From NCBI GenBank assembly GCA_030590505.1, contig JAUUYH010000001.1:1-38847 (forward strand): a DNA stretch of 38,847 nucleotides, given 5' to 3'. Below the pieces are notes generated by a model. That model had not been told where the DNA came from and ran no database searches. It worked only from the letters and a program-made list of their open reading frames with translations. The stretch's first letter is position 1, and the number at the start of each line of letters is the position of its first letter. Made by a program: the position numbers and the translations under genes. This DNA comes from Kiritimatiellota bacterium (GTDB taxonomy: Bacteria; Verrucomicrobiota; Lentisphaeria; Victivallales; JAADHT01). Shown here piece by piece: positions 36,535 to 38,847 of this stretch.

Positions 36535-38517
36535 ATGGATATGAAAAATACGCTTCAAGATTGTTCTAATACTACTGCCACGCCGCCACAAGAAGAAGAG
36601 AACGTTGAACGCCCTATACTACACTCGCCTGACGGTAAAATTGAGGTTGAACTCTCCATGAAAAATGGGCAACCCTTTTGGAAAATTGATTCTAAAAAGA
36701 TTCCATTGATCAAAGATTCAGCATTAGGGCTTATAACTGAAAGTGAACTTGGCAAGTCTGGATTCAAGGTTGTTGGTTGCTTATCAGATGAGTCTGATAC
36801 GACTTATAAAACGGTCTGGGGGAAACATGCGTATGCACGCAACTGTTTCTGTGAGATTAGATGGGAACTTGAGGAAAAGAGTGATACCCTTCGTCGCATG
36901 GACATCATCGTTCGTGCTTATAATGATGGAGTTGCGATATCTTACAAGCTTTATGGTGATGGAGAGGAAAAGGTCGTTGACGACATAACTAGCTTTGAAT
37001 TTACTGCTGATCACACCTGCTGGAGTGCGAATGGAGAGAAAGAGAATGTTGGTCCAGTCAAGCTGAGTGAATATGAAGGTTGCCTTTTTCCATTTACCGT
37101 TAAACTATCAGAAGATAGTTATTGCTCAATTCTTGAAGCTGCAATTTATGAATATGGCACATTATTGCCTAAACGTATTGGTCCAACAGCCTTTCGTACA
37201 GCCATGCCAGTGTCAGTGGTGACACTTCCGTCTGAAACCTCATGGCGGGTATTCTTGATTGCTGATCGTCCAGGAGCACTCCTTGAAAGCAATCTGCTCA
37301 CGAATCTCAACCCTCCCTGCAAGATAGAGGATACATCGTGGATCAAGCCGGGACTGGCAATGTGGGATTGGCGTGCGTGGGGAGGAAAAGATACGGATGG
37401 ATTTAAATACAATCTGGATATGGCTTCATGGCGTCGTTTTATCGACTTTGCTTCACGAAAAAACATCGGCTACCTTGTTTTAGATGCCAACTGGTATGGT
37501 CATGAGAGAAAGATTGAATCCAATCCCATCAAGAGTCGCACTTACCTTGTTTATCAGCCAGATCCCACAAAGGCAAGAATGGCAACCAAAGAGGCCCCTG
37601 CAGACTGGGACGATCCGATAGATATTCCAAAATTGATTAAATATGGGAAAGAACGTAATGTTGGTATAATTCTCTATATCAATGATATTGCCCGAGATGC
37701 CTATGATTTTGAACACACCTTAGCAACCTACCACAAATGGGGAGCTGTTGGCATCAAATATGGTTTCATGAAAAGGAAAGATCAAGATCAGGTTGTGAAT
37801 ACCCGTGAGATCGTTGAGTTATGTGCAAAATATGAATTAATATGTGACTTTCATGATGGACCGATCCCACCTTCAGGAGACCGTCGGACTTATCCCAACT
37901 ATCTAACGCGGGAATTTTGCCATGCTCAATCAGATGCGCTATCAAGTTTCTCACCAACAACATTTTGCACAACCGTATTTTGTAATATGCTCGCGGGTCC
38001 ACTGGATATGAACAACGGGCTTTTTATGTTAGACACTGCCGAACAGGTGCGTCCAAAAATTTTCACAGCTGTTAATTCGACTGTTGTCGCTGAAACTGCC
38101 CGAGTTATGATTGTCTTTTCTGGGCTTGCAATCCTTCCAGACACCCCAAGCTCCTATGAGGCAAAAGCCGACCTATTCGAATATATCACAAAACTTCCAA
38201 TGACCTGGGACGAAACTAGAATTCTTAATGGTAAAATTGGTGAATATATCACCACAGCTCGCCGTTCTGGAGATAGTTGGGTTATCGCCTCGTGTTGCAA
38301 TGAAGAGGGAGCAGAACTTTCAATCAACTTCGATTTCCTTGAAGAAGGAAAGGTTTACAAGGCAACGCTTTATGAAGATGCTCCAGACGCTCATTATCTC
38401 AATAATAAAGAGGTGTACCGCGTTCGTGACATTGAAGTAAAAAAGGGTGAAACAATTCAAGCTATCCTTGCTCCAGGAGGAGGACATTGCATAAGTATTG
38501 CTCCTATAAAAGAGTAA
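36535..38517 (+). CDS. Glycoside hydrolase family 97-like protein, no signal peptide
   Basis: N-terminal SPDGKIEVELSMKNGQPFWKIDSKKIPLIKDSALGL follows the GH97 N-domain pattern. WIKPGLAMWDWRAWGG and KWGAVGIKYGFMKRKDQDQV parallel the GH97 catalytic-domain motifs (WG.KG.K.DFMDRDDQ). Confidence 0.8.
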   Translation: MDMKNTLQDCSNTTATPPQEEENVERPILHSPDGKIEVELSMKNGQPFWKIDSKKIPLIKDSALGLITESELGKSGFKVVGCLSDESDTTYKTVWGKHAYARNCFCEIRWELEEKSDTLRRMDIIVRAYNDGVAISYKLYGDGEEKVVDDITSFEFTADHTCWSANGEKENVGPVKLSEYEGCLFPFTVKLSEDSYCSILEAAIYEYGTLLPKRIGPTAFRTAMPVSVVTLPSETSWRVFLIADRPGALLESNLLTNLNPPCKIEDTSWIKPGLAMWDWRAWGGKDTDGFKYNLDMASWRRFIDFASRKNIGYLVLDANWYGHERKIESNPIKSRTYLVYQPDPTKARMATKEAPADWDDPIDIPKLIKYGKERNVGIILYINDIARDAYDFEHTLATYHKWGAVGIKYGFMKRKDQDQVVNTREIVELCAKYELICDFHDGPIPPSGDRRTYPNYLTREFCHAQSDALSSFSPTTFCTTVFCNMLAGPLDMNNGLFMLDTAEQVRPKIFTAVNSTVVAETARVMIVFSGLAILPDTPSSYEAKADLFEYITKLPMTWDETRILNGKIGEYITTARRSGDSWVIASCCNEEGAELSINFDFLEEGKVYKATLYEDAPDAHYLNNKEVYRVRDIEVKKGETIQAILAPGGGHCISIAPIKE

Positions 38518-38527
38518 ATTTGCATAT

Positions 38528-38613
38528 ATACCGCACGCGGTAGAGATCTTGTATTTCTTTTATTGGCTACTCAACCTTAATTAAAATGCTAAGATTTATC
38601 CCACGTAAAGCAT
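38528..38613 (+). repeat. 86-bp dispersed intergenic element, copy D (variant 1), between the GH97 stop and the radical SAM start, co-oriented with both
   Basis: ATACCGCACGCGGTAGAGATCTTGTATTTCTTTTATTGGCTACTCAACCTTAATTAAAATGCTAAGATTTATCCCACGTAAAGCAT. Flanked by CATAT at 38523-38527 and 38611-38615. Confidence 0.85.
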
Positions 38614-38650
38614 ATATATTAGTGAAGAAAAGTAGTGATAACGAAGCCTT

Positions 38651-38847
38651 ATGAAAAGACCAAAGTTTAGAAAAGTATACTGTGAGATTAGTAACAGCTG
38701 TAACCTTAAGTGCGACTTCTGCCCGTCGTCTGCGGATTCTGGTATTGAGAAGCGCTTTATGGATGAAGAGTTGTTTGCGCAGCTGATCCCACAATTGCAA
38801 CCTCTTACTTATTTGCTATGTCTGCATATAATGGGTGAGCCGATGTG
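38651..38847 (+). CDS. Radical SAM protein, N-terminal part; 3' end lies outside the window (absent from the ORF track)
   Basis: ATG at 38651, open to the window end: MKRPKFRKVYCEISNSCNLKCDFCPSSADSG... The CxxxCxxC motif (CNLKCDFC) is in the usual N-terminal position. Confidence 0.75.
   Translation, partial: MKRPKFRKVYCEISNSCNLKCDFCPSSADSGIEKRFMDEELFAQLIPQLQPLTYLLCLHIMGEPM

Noticed and set aside
35543-38517. Genomic island or prophage integrated at tRNA-Val
   Set aside because: No integrase, excisionase or phage genes follow the tRNA. The tRNA-like repeat lies only about 20-80 nt away, so at most a scar is present.
1583-38613. Possibility that the four 86-bp repeats form a CRISPR array or CRISPR remnants
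   Set aside because: The copies are kilobases apart and occur in both orientations, each in a separate intergenic region. There are no regularly spaced short spacers and no cas genes.
38567-38800. 77-aa minus-strand ORF at the right edge
   Set aside because: It is antisense to the radical SAM gene, whose CxxxCxxC motif gives the plus strand clear priority, and it runs into element copy D.

Overview
This is an AT-rich bacterial chromosomal segment. The gene content (stand-alone SWIB protein, Zn-ribbon Ser/Thr kinase, several signal-peptide-less glycoside hydrolases) reminds me of the PVC group such as Lentisphaerae, but that is only an impression. Left third (0.7-9.1 kb, minus strand): a housekeeping string of SWIB, radC, a Lys-rich secreted protein translationally coupled to purF, a membrane Ser/Thr kinase, a 2x[4Fe-4S] protein, rph and cobS. 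A 5'-truncated Rpn-type nuclease gene sits at the left edge. Centre (9.9-25.2 kb, plus strand): the most unusual part and my best candidate for an undescribed system. It is an Opp/Dpp-type ABC importer whose family-5 binding protein is fused in frame to the OppB-like permease through an extra transmembrane helix. It is followed by OppC/D/F-like genes, a glucuronate-isomerase-like gene, cytoplasmic-looking GH3 and GH95 enzymes, and a 1093-aa Zn-ribbon/TM-anchored beta-helix protein. No regulator is encoded in this locus. I read it as a glycan capture-import-degradation locus of non-canonical design. Right third: a lipoprotein, a five-gene heavy-metal RND efflux operon with two Cys/His-rich accessory genes (minus strand), a DEAD-box helicase, tRNA-Val(UAC), a small membrane protein, GH97 and the start of a radical SAM gene. 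Superimposed on these are four copies of an 86-bp intergenic element (hairpin plus T-tract at one end, TGnTAAGAT box and ATG mini-ORF at the other). There are also GC-rich fragments resembling the tRNA-Val 3' end, and several tandem repeats. I saw no rRNA, CRISPR array, integrase or intact transposase. All calls rest on motif recognition by eye; no searches were run.
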